The notes under the pieces are model-generated. The model ran no database searches and was not told the origin of the DNA. It saw only the letters and a list, made by a program, of their open reading frames with translations. A program made the translations under genes and the position numbers. DNA of 64,000 bases from Octopus vulgaris. Its lineage: Eukaryota. The stretch spans positions 28,272,001-28,336,000 of the forward strand of contig OX597815.1 in the NCBI GenBank assembly GCA_951406725.2, read 5' to 3'. This document shows, one piece after another, positions 13,931 through 28,300 of the stretch; within the stretch, counting starts at the first letter, position 1; every line of letters begins with the position of its first letter.

Positions 13931-15416
13931 GATAAATGGCAGATAGTAACTGGGATGGAAAATCAAAGCTGGGTTAGAAGTAGTTGGAACCAGAAGCCAA
14001 AGTAGATGAGTTGGCAAATAATAGTTGAGGTGGTAACAAAAGGGTTTAATGGGTGGTATGTTACAGCAAGGATTGCAAATAGGATTAAAGAATTTATTGA
14101 ATAAAAATTGATGAAAATGAATTACAATCATCATTTGATGTCCATGTTCCATGCTGGCATAGGCTGGATGGTTTGATAGGATCTAATGGATCCAAGGACT
14201 GCATCAAGATCCAGTGTCTGCTTTGTCATGATTTTTAGAGCTGAATGCCCTTCCAAACACCAACCACTTTACAATATGTATTGGGTGTTTTTCTTTCATG
14301 TCACTAGCATTAGTGAGGTCACCATGCAGTTCACAAGACTGGAATCTCAGGGGTCGGTAGGACTTTATGATGGTGGATGAAAGCTAAGGTATGAGAGAAG
14401 GAGATAGAGCAGAGCTGTTTCTTGAAGAGGAGCTATATGACTACTCATATTTAGAGGAAAGAGAGAGAATATCTCAACAGTAGTTGATAAGAGATAAATG
14501 GTGGTACTGAGGTGTCCAGGTGGCACCTCAAGGTAAAAGGTGAGCAGAAGTGGGTGCGGACAGAGGAATATCCAATAAAAATAGATGAAGATGAGTTCAA
14601 AACAGTAGTTATTTTAAAAATCATTTACACTCAGCTTTACTCAAATTGCGCATTAAACTGGTTTTATGGCAGTTGATTTCCTCCAATCACTTCCCTGTGA
14701 TCTATTTACCAATAGGAAACAATTCTCCCATTATTACTTTAAGGAGTAATCTTAACTATGATGCCTAACTATTACCAAATAAAGGAATCTATCAATCAAA
14801 TGAATCTCAACTCCCAGTAAAATAGGGCACAGACATGTCCATACATTAAGAACTTTATCTTGAAATTGCATGGCTTAAGGTTTATCTTACTGTACTGTAC
14901 CTCAGATGTCTTCTACCATAATCTTGGGTGAACCTAAACTTTGAGCTTTGTGAATGAAATTCAATACATACAGAAACTGTGTGGAAGCCTACTTGATAGA
15001 TGGCACATATTGTTGGGTGGGAGAATTTAATCTTTCACTTGATTTAAGACCACACTTGGTTCTCAAAGCAGAATAGGTACTCTTTCAAAGTTAATCCTTG
15101 TAATGGAAGTGTTTACTCCGAAGACAAATCTAAGATTCAAGATTTGTGTCATTTTCCCCTCACCAGTCTCAGAAGCCCTGCAATAAGGATAACATAAACA
15201 AAATGTGCATGGTCTCATATATAACAGCAAAGTTCAACCCAAGTGCCTTTAGCTGAAGCTACTACATGTAAAACATGCAGGCCAGATCTTTAGTTTGGAG
15301 ATAATTTCCTCCTCCTTCTTTCTTCAAACCATGGGGGGACCTAAAAAGCTCTAAAGCTGTCTCTTTCCATCTCTATCAAAGCCATTCAAAAAATTAAAAA
15401 CATTACAACTTATATA

Positions 15417-15808
15417 GGCGCAAGAGTGGCTGTGTGGTAAGTAGTTTGTTTACCAACCACATGGTTCCGGGTTCAGTCCCACTGCATGGCACCTTGGGCA
15501 AGTGTCTTCTACTATAGCCTCGGATCAACCAAAGCCTTGTGGGCGGATTTAGCAGACGGTAACTGACGGTAACATATCTATGTATGTATGTATGTGTGTG
15601 TGTCTGTGTTTGTCCCCCCCAACATCGCTTAACAACCGATGCTGGTGTGTTTACGTCACTGTAACTTAGCAATTCGGCAAAAGAGACCGATAGAATAAGT
15701 ACTAAGCTTACAAAGAATAAGTCCTGGGGTTGATTTGCTTGAGTAAAGGCGATGCTCCAGCATGGCCACAGTCAAATGACTGAAACAAGTAAAAGAGTAA
15801 AGAGAGTA
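15417..15808 (+). mobile_element. SINE family A (tRNA-like head, CORE-like CACCTTGGGCAAGTG segment, internal microsatellite, GTAAAAGA tail)
   Basis: A-box-like GTGGCTGTGTGG and B-box-like GGTTCAGTCCC. More than 10 copies in the window. Confidence 0.9.
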
Positions 15809-16085
15809 TATTAGCATATTTATGGTGGTGAGCTTTTCAGTTGTTCCTAAGTATTTGATTGAACAAAATAGGTAACTGGAGCGCTATTCAACAATTCTTA
15901 ACACAAGTTTATCCTAACATACACACACAGTCAGGACAGCATTTAAAATTGTTATCCACCTGATAGGTCAGATTTCACTCACTAGACTTTAGAAATGGCT
16001 ACAAACCTGTGCTCTTAGTGAGTAATATTGTCTTTCAACCTATGAATTACTCAACTCTGTTCTACCTTCTATAATAATAAACATG

Positions 16086-16313
16086 GATCCAAGGCGGCGA
16101 GCTGGCAGACACGTTAGCGCGCCAGGCGAAATGCTTAGCGATATTTCGTCTGTCGTTATGTTCTGAGTTCCAATTCCGCCGAGGTCAACTCTGCCTTTCA
16201 TCCTTTCGGGGTCGATAAATAAAGTACCAGTTTCGCACTGGGGTCGATATAATCGACTCAATTCCTTCGTCTGTCCCCTCTATGTTTAGCCCCTTCTGGG
16301 CAGTAAAGAAATA
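16086..16313 (+). mobile_element. SINE family B monomer with 16-bp TSD
   Basis: TSD TATAATAATAAACATG at 16070-16085 and 16314-16329. Confidence 0.92.
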
Positions 16314-16995
16314 TATAATAATAAACATGAAATTCTGTTTGTCTGTCTGTCTGTCTGTCCAAGACCCCTGTATTTCAGTTTACATTTGCTCTATATAGAC
16401 ATATTATACCTTTTTGGAATCAGGATGATCCTGGGATTGAAAATCTGCCCTTAATTTGGTTCTTGGTTCTTGAACATCTAGCATTAGGATCAGGTTGGGA
16501 TGAGGATTTGTTATATGCTAACTGTTGAAAATTCAAATTTTAAAAGAACTCCAAAAATGTGAACTTACAAGTTTTTTAAAAATCTAAACTGAGTTTAAAG
16601 TAATACTATATAGGTAGGATAATACCACATTGGTAGGGTACCAATAAATGCTTTACTATTATTGCTCTCTTTAGTTTTGAGTAGCATGAACTAGCCTAAA
16701 AGTCCGTACAGAGTGCGGCTTTTAAGCAAAGTCCTACATAAATCCAAGTGATGTATCTGACACTACTTATCCTGTCATTCTACTTGATACTGCCTCTTAG
16801 ATCCTTTGCTCAAACACCAGTTTTGGTCTTCCAATCAATTACTTTGAAGGATTTTAACCCTTTCCATATCAATCTGTTGGTGGCTGATACTGGATCTATG
16901 ATACAAATTTCCTATTATAGAGTCATCTACAGTTAAAACCTACCATCTAAATTTTGTGCTAATTTATGTTTCAAACATCAGCTTAATATTCTGTT

Positions 16996-17375
16996 ATTTT
17001 TTCTTTTTTACTGATTTCAGTCATTAGACTGCGGCCATGCTGGGGTATCACTTTGAATATTTTAGTCGAATTAATCGACCTTGGTACTTATGTTTTAAGC
17101 TTGACACTTACTCTATTAGGCTATTTTGCTGAACTATCATGTTACAGGGACACAAACAACCAACAGAGGTTGTCAAGCAGTGATGGTGGGGGGAGCAAAG
17201 ACACACACACATAGATATATATACACATAATAGGCTTCTTTCAGTTTCCGTCTTCCAAATTCACTCTCAAAACTTTGGCCAGCCCAAGGCAATAGTAGAA
17301 GACACCCAAGGTGCCATGCAATGGCACTGAATCTAAAACCATGTGGTTTCTTACCACACAGCCATGCCTGTGCCT
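16996..17375 (-). mobile_element. SINE family A, diverged
   Basis: Reverse complement of the family A consensus. Confidence 0.85.
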
Positions 17376-19873
17376 ATCAACGGACGTTGATGATGATGAT
17401 GATGATGATGGCACATGTTACCAAGTCATACTTACTTGCAAGAGACAGCTATACTTTAACCTGGCTAAATATCATATCTAGGGTAATCACTCACTCATGG
17501 AAGCACCTTGTACATCCTGCAATTGACCAACATGGACTGGTAGTCCTACAGCCAACTAATAATGATATGCTGAGTTGTCATCCAGTAGTAGATCAAAGAA
17601 TGGCTGAACGGAATTGGTGATTTTACATTAATGTCTAAGAAAGGTGGTAAAATGTTGAAGATACTTTTTGCACTGTCTAGTTTAAAACTTCTTGCTAAAA
17701 TAATAAAAGTGATGCACAGAGGCAGATTGTATTCTCTTACTCATTCTGTAAGCTCTAAGCTGTATATCCAAAAAGCTTTTATATAAAAAAAAAATACAGG
17801 CTGTATATCCCAAAATGAGATAATTTGAGAATGGCATAGAGTGGATGATGCGATTTCAGAATAACAAAAGCACTAGTTCTGCCAAGCCAGACATGTCACA
17901 AGATTCATGGTCAACATGTGAATCTGTGCAGTTGTCGAGAGGTACCCAAGAGATCAGAAAGGACCACTCAGAAGGCCTATATGATGATAGGAAGATGATT
18001 TAGTTATACAATTACAGCCAAGATTGGCAAAAATGGTGCAATCAAGAAAAACTGGAAGCATATCATGACCAAGGGTGTATAAAAACATCTGATAGTTTGA
18101 TTGATACAGTAATACAGTGACTAGAATGGAACATAGTTGTTAGTGTTTAGCTGCAAGTCAGCCCAATCATCCCATTTTTTTTTTTGTATATCTATGGTTA
18201 CATTATCCAATCTGACCTTTTTATCTATCTATTTTAAAACGAGAGACTAGGAAGAAGATTCAATTGCTAATCTATTGGGTGGATTGACCACATAAAAACT
18301 CACACATTGGTTTGGAAAAGCTGAAGTAAGAGAGCAGGGTAAATTCAATCAGCTTCAGTATCATCTTGTTAGTAAATTATTATAACCTTTTATCTAAGAA
18401 TTTTATGACTATGCATTATTAATGTTTAGCTATTGACCAACCATATTTATCATGGTTTTAAATAAACTAACCAACCATAATATAAGGTTAGGTGAAGGGT
18501 GGTGGATTGACAGAATCATTAGAGCAATGGAAAGAATGCTTAGCAGTATTTGGTCTGGCATTTTACATTCTGAGTTTAAATGTTGCCAAGCCTTTCATCC
18601 TTCCGGAATCAGTAAAATAAGATATTAGTCAAGTATGTTTTGGGGTTGATGTAATCAGCTAAACACTTCTCACCCCACCCCACCCAACAAATTTCTGGCC
18701 TTGCACCTGTGTTAGAAAGAATTATTAGGCTAGATAGAAGAAATGGCAGAATATTGAACTAATTCTACAGTTAACTTATCTTTCATACCTCCATGTTTAG
18801 TAAAATACATACCAAAAGCCAACAAGTGAGTATCTATATCATTGCTTAATTTGCTAGAAATAGCAAACAAGTCTTCTAAACCTTACCCTAACAAAAATAT
18901 AATAAATCGATTCACTCTACCCTTCCCTTACACACACTTGTAAGTATGTGGGAGAAATGGCAGGGAGTACCAGAATAATACCATATGGTATTCACTTTCT
19001 TTCTTTGACCTTCCAAATACCCATAATATATCAGGCAGTGGTGACTTGGCAGAGCTGTTAGAGCATCTGTTTGAGAATCTTGTGTTATTCTAGCTTCCTG
19101 CATTCCTACAAAGGCAAACTTTACCTTCCAGGTTCAATAAATAGTCTCCCCACCTCCCTCATTTCTCTCTCTCTGTTAATTACATTGTGCTGTGAGAAAG
19201 GTTCCTTGGAAACCTTGCACAGTGTCTCTTTCTCTAGAAGTATGGGATGTTTGAATAAGATGTCAGCAACCTCTTTTCATAAAAAAATTGTTATACTACT
19301 GTAACTGTCCATGTAACACAAAACATAAAGAATATACCAGGAATTCCATTCTTCTCGACTCCTCTACTACAAATTTGCGCCCTGATGAAAGGTATTTCTA
19401 TCATAACCATCCAGTCCTTCTTGGTGGATGAATTAACCCTTTGATTTTATATTTATGAGCACAACACTCTAATAGTTAGGCTATGTGCCATCACAATGGA
19501 TATTTAGTTGAAAAATAACTTATTCGAAGATCTATGCTAAGTTCTGTCTACTGTAATCTCTTCCTTAAATTTTTAAATTAAAGTTATTTGAAGAGTTTTA
19601 ATATCAAAATAATAAACATTGCAACTTAACAAGGAAATAATCCAGAAAAGGTTAGAGAATGTTTATAAAATGGTAGGATGTGTACAGCAAGCTACAACAC
19701 ACCAAAATAAAGGTAAAAGCCCCCACCAAGGTTGACTTTGCCTTTTATCGTTTTGGGGTTGATAAAATAAGTACTAGTTGAGCACTACGGTCGAGGTAAC
19801 CAACTTAGCCCATTTCCCCAAATTGCGGGCCTTGTGCCAAAATTTGAAGCTATTATTATTATTATTATTATTA

Positions 19874-20230
19874 AAATCAAAATCGAAATCGATCAACATC
19901 AATTGTAGCTGTGATACCAGTGCCGGTGGAACATAAGAGAACCATCCGAACGTGGCCGTTGCCAGCGCCGCCCCGACTGGCCTCCGTGCCGGTGGCACGT
20001 AAAAAGCACCATCCGTCCGTGGTCGTTTGCCAGCTCCGTCTGGCACCTGTGCAGGTGGCACATAAAAAGCACCCACTACACTCACGGAGTGGTTGGCGTT
20101 AGGAAGAGCATCCAACTGTAGAAACACTGCCAGATCAGACTGGGCCTGGCACAGCCTACTAGCTCCCCAGACCCCAGTTGAACTGTCCAACCCATGCTAG
20201 CATGGAAAACAGACGTTAAACGATGATGAT
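19874..20230 (+). mobile_element. Retroposon family F
   Basis: Three internal GGTGGCAC.TAAAAAGCACC-type repeats, shared 3' block, (GAT)n tail, sitting in (ATT)n. Confidence 0.82.
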
Positions 20231-21294
20231 TATTATTATTATTATTATTTCTATTATTATATAAGGGGGCAAGCTTATATAATAATTTTAAGCATGTTTG
20301 GTAAAATGCTTTCCGACATTTCATCCATCTTTATATTCAGAGTTCAAATTCCACTGTGGTCAACTTTGCCTTTCATCCTTTTGGGATCGATAAAATAAAT
20401 ACCAATCAAGCACTGGGGTTGATGTAATTGACTAGTCTCCTCCTTGTGCCTATAGTAGAAAGGATTATTATTATTATTATTAGTTGTTGGTGTTGTAAAG
20501 ACATTAGTAGTTAGAGTATTGCACTCCTGATCCTATAATCATGGTTTCAGTTCCCAGACCAGGCAGTATGTTGTGTTCTTCAGCAAAACACAAGTTGCTC
20601 CAGTCCACTTAGCAGTGAGTACCAGCAATAGCTGGGAAGTTAACCCTGCACCTGACCAATGTCCCAATCAGTTGGGTAGGGAGTGTTGTAATACACCATG
20701 GAAACCAGGTTAAGCTTTGGCCTAATGAGATCTATGGCTCATGACAGATTTCAGTGAGTTGTTGTTTAGCCTCAGACCAGCTCTAATTGAGCAAACCTAT
20801 GATCAAAGTGTTCAAATTGTGATCATCCAGTTTTCTTTCAGGACTATATTTTGTTGCATTTTTAAAAGCAGATAGGATATGATTGGAGGGAGATTTGCCT
20901 ATTATTTCTAGCAGTTTGAACCACTACACAAAGACATATTCCCTAGGAATTGTTGAGTTTGATAGTTGCAGCTGAAGTTATTTGTATCCTTGCTAAATCC
21001 TTGTAATAGGAGAGTTTCAGGCACTTGTCCAACTTTTCCACTTCAGCTATATTTCTTAAAGACTTCAGCTATATTTCTTAAAGACTTCAGACCAAATATC
21101 ATTAACTATAGTAAAACATGACGTTCTAAATAGATGGTACTCCAGCATGGTCTTAGCCAGACAGGCTCTAAAAAAACTAGAGTGAATAAAGCATTAAAAG
21201 AACGATCACCTAGTCTATGAGAACTGGAAGGAATATGGGAATTTTAATTCCTTCCTCAAGCACAAAATCTCACATTTTGAGGAAAGACGTTTAA

Positions 21295-21515
21295 CCCTTT
21301 TGTTACTGTATTTATTTTAATATGTTCTGTATTTCTTTCAATTATTTAAAATATAACAAAGAATTTAATTAAATAACTTAATTATCATTAAGCTAATATT
21401 AGAGACAAAAATTGTGACTAAGGTTTGGTGGAAGATTTTAACTCAGAACTTATGAAAACAAGACATTTGTACTACAGAGCTAGAAGTGGTTTTAGCCAGG
21501 TTGGTAACAAAAGGG
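21295..21515. mobile_element. piggyBac-type MITE
   Basis: TTAA-CCCTTTTGTTAC ... GTAACAAAAGGG-CTAA terminal inverted repeats. Confidence 0.75.
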
Positions 21516-21977
21516 CTAATAAAACTGATGCAATTTTTGACTAATAGTAGTACTTTATTTTATCAACTCCAGAGAGATGGAAAGCAAACTTGACCTTGGT
21601 GGGATTTGAGTTCATATATAAAAAATATAGAACAAATACCACAATGATTCTACCTAAAAGGAGTGTAATTTAATTACATGCAAACGTTTTAATTCTAGGT
21701 TAATCTTCATCAAAGTGTTATATGATTAAAACTATCCCAGACAATGTCTGTCCTATTTTTTTAAGAGTATGTAGTTTTACATTATCTGACATGTTCTCTC
21801 TTTATTTAAGATGGTATGGCATGATTTGAGGGCTATATCATTGCTATAGATACTCCTCTGTGATTTCATTTAATTTGGCACTTAGGTTGATTTGTTAAAT
21901 ACATCAATCAACACCAGTCACACATAGTTGAGATTAGCCTTAGTTTCCTAAAAATGAGTTCAGTTTTTCTACATTCA

Positions 21978-22442
21978 AAATCAAATTCGATGACTGGCAT
22001 CCGTGCTAGTGGAGCACTAAGAGTACCACACGAGTGAGATCGGGGTCAGAGCAACAAGCTGGCCTCCGTGCCGGTGGCATGTAAAAAGCATCATTCGAGT
22101 GTGATCGTTACCTGCTTTGCCATACTGGCACTTGTGCTGGTAGCACGTGAAAAAAACATTCGAGCGAGGTCATTGCCAATGCCACTGGACTGGTGGCACA
22201 TAAAAGGCACCATTTGAGTGTGGCCGCTGCGAGTACTGCCTGACTGACCTCGTGCCAGTGGCACGTAAAAGTACCCACTACACTCTCAGAGTGGTTGGCG
22301 TTAGGAAGGGCTTCCAGCTGTAGAAACTCTGCCAGATCAGATTGGAGCCTGGTGCAGCCATCTGGTTCGCCAGAACTCAGTCAAATCGTCCAACTCATGC
22401 TAGCATGGAAAGCGGACGTATGATGATGATTATGATGATGAT
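21978..22442 (+). mobile_element. Retroposon family F with about five internal repeats
   Basis: Same 3' block as 2980-3326 and more internal GTGGCAC.T.AAAA.CA..ATTCGAG units. Confidence 0.82.
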
Positions 22443-22468
22443 GGTATTAATAAAAAAAAGCACTTTAA

Positions 22469-22918
22469 CTCTTGGTATCAACTTGCCTGAGACTAGTCCA
22501 GGTCCCATAATACAAACTTCCTATTTTAAAGTGATCTAAATTAAAACCTTCCATCAAACTTTTCTGTTAATATATGTTCCAAATAAGGTAGTGAGCTGGC
22601 TGAATCATTAGCCTGCCAGGCAAAATGCTTCATGGCATTTTGTACATCTCTACATTCTGAGTTCAAATTCTGCCGAGCTTAACTTTGCCTTTTATCCTTT
22701 CAGGATCAATAAAATAAGTATCAGTAGAACACAGGTCAATGTAATCATTATAACCCCTTCCATGAACTTGCTGGCCTTGTGCCAAAGATTGAAACCAATA
22801 TATGTTCCAAATACCAGATTAATAATAAAAAAGTTATTTCACTAAATTCTTCATAAATTTCAAAATTAATTGAAATAAAAAAAAGTGTCTGTCAACAAGA
22901 ATATGGTAACAAAAAGGG
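22469..22918. mobile_element. piggyBac-type MITE interrupted by a family B SINE (22586-22796)
   Basis: Starts after TTAA and ends GTAACAAAAAGGG. The nested SINE has 17-bp TSD AATATATGTTCCAAATA (22569-22585, 22797-22813). A related fragment lies at ~16858-16990. Confidence 0.7.
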
Positions 22919-23246
22919 TAAAGTATTTAGTTATACATCATCTAGGTGCTCTTGATTGCCACATGTATTTCCATTTTAAACTAGTTACTATGGTAACAAA
23001 TATGTAACAGTCAAGCATATAGATATTTTGAATATCTCAAAGTGTTAAGTAAATGAGGGAAGCATTTCAGGAATAGGATACCAATCTTTCATACAAAATG
23101 CTACTGATTCGGGTACTTATTCTTCACTGATAACGAAGGTATTAAATGGCCTGCCCAAAAAGCTATGTTTTTGTAGCAGAAAAGATTGAGAGTAGGTGAT
23201 GTTCATGCCAGTATCGATGGAAGTGACTTGAACAGAGAATTAACTT

Positions 23247-23413
23247 CAGGAGTGGCTGTGTGGTAAGTAGCTTGCTTATCAACCACATGGTTCTGGGTTC
23301 AGTACAACTGTGTGGCACTCTTGGGCAAGTGTCTTCCACTATAGCCTTGGGCCGACCAAAGCCTTGTGAGTGGATTTGGTAGATGGAAACTGAAAGAAGC
23401 CTGTCGTATATAC

Positions 23414-23457
<44 letters not shown>

Positions 23458-23668
23458 ATATGTTTGTGTGTCAGTATTTGTCCCCCCAACATCGCTTGAC
23501 AACCGATGCTGGTGTGCTTACGTCCCCGTAACTTAGCAGTTTGGAAAAAGATACCGATAGAATAAGTACTAGGCTTACAAAGAATAAGTCCTGGGGTCGA
23601 TTTGCTCGACTAAAGGCGGTGCTCCAGCATGGCCGCAGTCAAATGACTGAAACAAGTAAAAGAATAAA
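23247..23668 (+). mobile_element. SINE family A
   Basis: Near-consensus copy. Confidence 0.92.
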
Positions 23669-26290
23669 ATCATGAACCAGTTTATTTGGAATAGTCTCCT
23701 TGCTCAGCAATATGTAGCTAAACATGCTGAGCAACTGGAAGTATTAATTATGGATATTGAAAGGGAAAATGATGACAACATTGATAATTAAGGATAGAAT
23801 TTTAGAATAACAGTTTTATTTATTCTGTTTGATACTGGCACCTGCTTTTACAAATTAAATATTTTTTTCCTCAGTTATTTTAAATGTGCAGTTTTATTTT
23901 CCCAAGTAAATTGGTCAACCACTTCCTGGAGAAGTGGATTGGCAGTCATTCTGTAGTATAATTAATAATATAGCTCATTTCCACTAAGCGATAGCTACAT
24001 GGTTTGAGTCCTGTAAGTGGATCTGTTCCTGTTTTCCTTCTGATAGTTGGTTCATATAATATCTAATGTTATTTACATTAAAATCTTAGCAGTTCATTCG
24101 CGAGAGCAAATAGAGTTATGTACCCTACCCAGAAGAACAACACGATGGCTCTAGTAAAGGTTAGAACTCCTGATCATGTGGTCAGCAGTTCGACAGCTTA
24201 ACCTCACTCATTGTGCTTCAGATTTCATTATGGTTGTATTAATTATAAGCAAACCATGACCTGATTTTGATTCCCAGAAGAAAACATTCATATACACATT
24301 AATAAAAGGCCTAAATGTCACTGCCTTTCCATTAACCTACCATTAAATCTGAAGCAATATGTTTAATACAGATTAATATACCTTTACCTTAAGCTGAAAC
24401 TTATTTAAGATTGCATTAAAGAGTGTCTGGGCGTTTAAAGGTGTTTCTGAAGCTATAATGACTTAACACATAGATTTATTATACTGTAAGTGTAAGCAAT
24501 TAGAAGTGTTTTCTCTAACAACTTCGTGCAATGTTTACAGTTGCATATAAATGCAAAACCAAGGAACGTGACACTCATTTACTTGAATTCTATACATTGA
24601 AAAAGGAAATTAGTCACTCTTTAATTAAATTTGAAGATGCGGTGATAAGAACTACTAAAACTTATCAACTAGAGGGGGAAATTGCCCATTCTGTAACTTA
24701 GCTCTATGATGTCCTAACCAAGCAGACATAATATCAAAGACATCCGTGTCCGTCTGTTCTTTTTTTAGACATTGTATATGTTAGAGTGGGAGAACTAGTT
24801 GTTGTTTCTAGCAGTCGAAGGGCCATGTGGAGGCTTTCATTAGCTTGAAGTGTTCATATTTATATATGATACTCTATTACAAGCTTCGTTCTTTCATTAT
24901 AGTGGCACCAACATGCCAGAATACTTTCATTTTACAAAAATATACGAATTAATACAAAACCAAGTAGAATCGTTAGATAAAAGAAAGACGGTTCCACACT
25001 TTGCAGTGTTGATCATAATGGATCTAAGTTCCAGTTCCACTAGATTTAACTTTGTCGTTTGACCCTTGCAGATCTATAAAATAAATACCAGTACCATATC
25101 TAAAACTGAACCTACAGTCCTATTACTAAAACAGCATTTTGCATAGCTAACAGCTAACATAAAAACTTGAAAAAAAAAAAAATCAAACCCTTCTAACGTA
25201 CCTCTCACCAAAAACAAAAAAACAAGTGTCTATGCAAGTGATGGGTATTGATGACATGCCGTTTTACGATGTCGTAAATTACGATTACCTTCTATTAATG
25301 CTTCTAATGGTAGAGACAAGGTTCGTTATCTTTACCATTGTAAGTTAGAAGGTTTCCTATAAGTGTACTTTTTCACATATGCACAAGACCCCACACACAA
25401 AGGTGAAATGGGATTTGGTACTTTCATTTTCTTTTTAAGAGGATTACTTTTGTAAAAGGAATGGCCAAGAATCAAAACCGGGTTGCAGATCTAATTCACC
25501 GGGAGCTTACCGGTTTTGAAAGGAAAACATTTCCAAATTAGTTTACTTATAACAACAATTAAGACCTCTTTATCCAATACATATCTTTTAATAAAAACAC
25601 GAAAGTCATAATTTCCCGTTTCGCATTGACTAAAAATCGCAATCTTCATTACTATTAAACGAACAATAATTACTCTGGTGTTTGGGTTCGTCTTGCTGTA
25701 CAGACCCTCTCTTCTTATGACATATGCAAATGCAACACTAAATACTTAGGCTCGAATACTGTACATTTAATAATTCAAGTATCTGACAAGATGTGTTTTA
25801 AATATTATATATATATAGATGTAGTGGCAGTTACATAATGCACTGTTTATGTTTTGTTCCACATGCAACTATTTTGACAGTTTTAATCGATTTCCTTATT
25901 TCATAGAGTGAGATGTTCGAATATATTAAAATTAGTTTTCCCTTCAAATGGATCACAATATATTCTTTGATAGACATTTTGTTTATGAAATAAATTATAA
26001 AGTTTTGGTCTCACACATTACAAAATGAATAGGCGAATATAAAAATTTTATATACAAGTTCTATAGGAGAAGATTAATATTGTAAGTCCAGTTCAAACTG
26101 CATTGTTTATTGTCATATATATATATTGGTCAACGGCTCAGGTCATGTTTGTAGTACATTTAATATATTTACTCAAATATCTGAAATAAACTTGGAACTA
26201 AAATTGTTTACCTCTTTTTTTAAAAATCAATTTGCATTCTGTAGGCATTTTGATAAATATGATTATAAATGAACATTGAAATAGGAAATT

Positions 26291-26296
26291 ACTTAC
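26291..26296 (-). other. Splice donor GTAAGT, phase 0, of the slo intron after GRIL
   Basis: Plus strand acttac directly follows the Leu codon, and Slo similarity stops here. Confidence 0.93.
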
Positions 26297-26656
26297 CAGG
26301 ATTCGTCCTGTTGTAGTTTGTCCGGATATTAATTCACCCGCCCAATCTTTAGCTTCAGTCATCCACCCGATTTCAGGGTCCGATGTCCTGAGAAAAGGTT
26401 TCTGTCCAGTAGCAGCGGCCCCTTGGCCAGCTGCTGCCAGAGATTTACTGTTCGCCGCGACATTTGGATTGTTTCTGTGACGACAACACAGTAAATTAAC
26501 TATCCGACATATAATAATAACAACTAACCCCGATGAGAAGGTAATCAAACTGGACATAAGAAATACATTCCATTGTCGATCTTCGCATTTGTAATCATAA
26601 GAGACGGAGGTGTTGGTTTTTGAATCACCAAGGTCGGAACAATTAGTGAGCGACAT
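26297..26656 (-). CDS. slo: First coding exon (120 codons; N-terminus, S0, S0-S1 loop, start of S1) of a large-conductance Ca2+-activated K+ channel (slowpoke/KCNMA1)
   Basis: Translation has an S0-like helix [23 protein letters not shown] and the diagnostic [22 protein letters not shown], matching Drosophila Slo as recalled. The first in-frame ATG is at 26656; the ORF-track start at 26716 is a GTG. The exon ends CTG|GTAAGT. Confidence 0.96.
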
Positions 26657-28260
26657 ATTATACAAAAGAGCAGTATCTGGGGTGAACGAGGGACTTGCTG
26701 CTTGGTTTTCCTTCACAACATATATATATATAATATATATATATGTATATATATTTACACGCAGAGATTTGAAATTAGGATGTCCTTATTTCAAATTGTT
26801 CTTTTCTTAAAAACACTTGAATAAAAACAAAATAATATTTTTCTTTTAATCTTCACTTTTTTCTGTATGTATGAAATGTCACCTTTTCTTCGCATCCCAG
26901 CAATGGAATAGAAACGCGTTTATTTTGTTTATCAATTATCTGGTGAACGAAACAGTCAGAAAGAAATGTTTTATCGTGGTGTTTTTGTTCATGTTTGCAT
27001 GGTGATATTATTGTAATTGAATTAAGTTATATTGTTTATATCAAAATATTGGTGTACATATCCCCTCCGTGAAGGTTTGTATTTCGTGTGGTGAGAAACG
27101 GGAATCGCACAGTAAAACACAACACAGAACATTATGGATGAAGAATGAAACTAAAATAGATATATTTAGGCTTTGAAAGACTGAATTGCCTAAACAAGTC
27201 GACGCAGGTAAGAAGATTCCAGCGGCCAATCCAACACTTCTCTGCTTCAAACCAGTGACAGTTCAACGTCAAGTTGTAAGAGGCGGCACCTATTAAGGGT
27301 GGTTACTGTTTGGTGAAGGCTTTTAAGTAAACTTGGTTGTTTCACTTTGTGAAACCCGCTGTTAATAACCATATCTGTTGTTGTAAAAACAGGTTGTTAA
27401 TAAAATGGTGATGTGAAAAATGATTTAACTTCTTTATAGTGAACGGAAAACACACACGTGTCAGGTGTGAACAATATAGATTCCAGGTAGGAGTAAAGAT
27501 GACAGCGATAATTAACAGTGACAAGGCAAAGCGCATCCGAAAAGCTAGTACTTTTGATGCCAGAATTAAAGTGTGTTATCAAATTTCATATATGTACATA
27601 CATATATTCGTGTGTATATAAATTATAAATGTGTAAAGCATATGTGTGTTATTTCTTCTCATATGTTCCCATCACAGTACTAATTCCAGCCAGAAGCGTT
27701 AGTAACAATATCAACAACAGCAACAACACTTTAACAAAAAAAAAGAAAAAATAGTAGCGGTATCAACAAAGTAAAAAAGAGGAGAAAGGAAGGTGCATTC
27801 TTCGGGTCTTTGATTGTTATATAAATCACTTAAGCTGGATGAGGTTGTTATGTAAAAGAGAGAAAGAGAAGAAAGAAAATAAAAGGAAATATAATCTGCT
27901 GGATTCTCGTTCTCCACTAAATACGTGAGTTGTTTGAATATCTACAAGTAAATTGTTGTAGTAGTAGCAGATAGGAATCTCCAACTAACGTATCACTACA
28001 GTTCGATAGTAGTACACATATTGCTTGGCAGACACGATCGGGGATAATGACAAGAGAGTCCTTCGAGAAAAGGAGAGTTATGGTATTCCTACTACTTCTC
28101 CATCTTTCAGCAAAACGTCAGTATCTCCGAAAATAATTTATTCCTTCAAGTACTGGAATAAGACACGTTCCAGCAGTTCATCAAAAGCGATATGTAATTT
28201 GATATATGCCCATTTTAGCTTGTTCAACTAGTGGCAGTTGAGTAAATGGAATATTGTTGC

Positions 28261-28300
<40 letters not shown>

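Noticed and set aside
21041-21089. 22-bp tandem duplication
   Set aside because: Ordinary local slippage with no further structure.
26198-26296. C-terminal part of the 172-aa ORF as coding
   Set aside because: It is read-through past the GTAAGT donor, and Slo similarity ends at GRIL.
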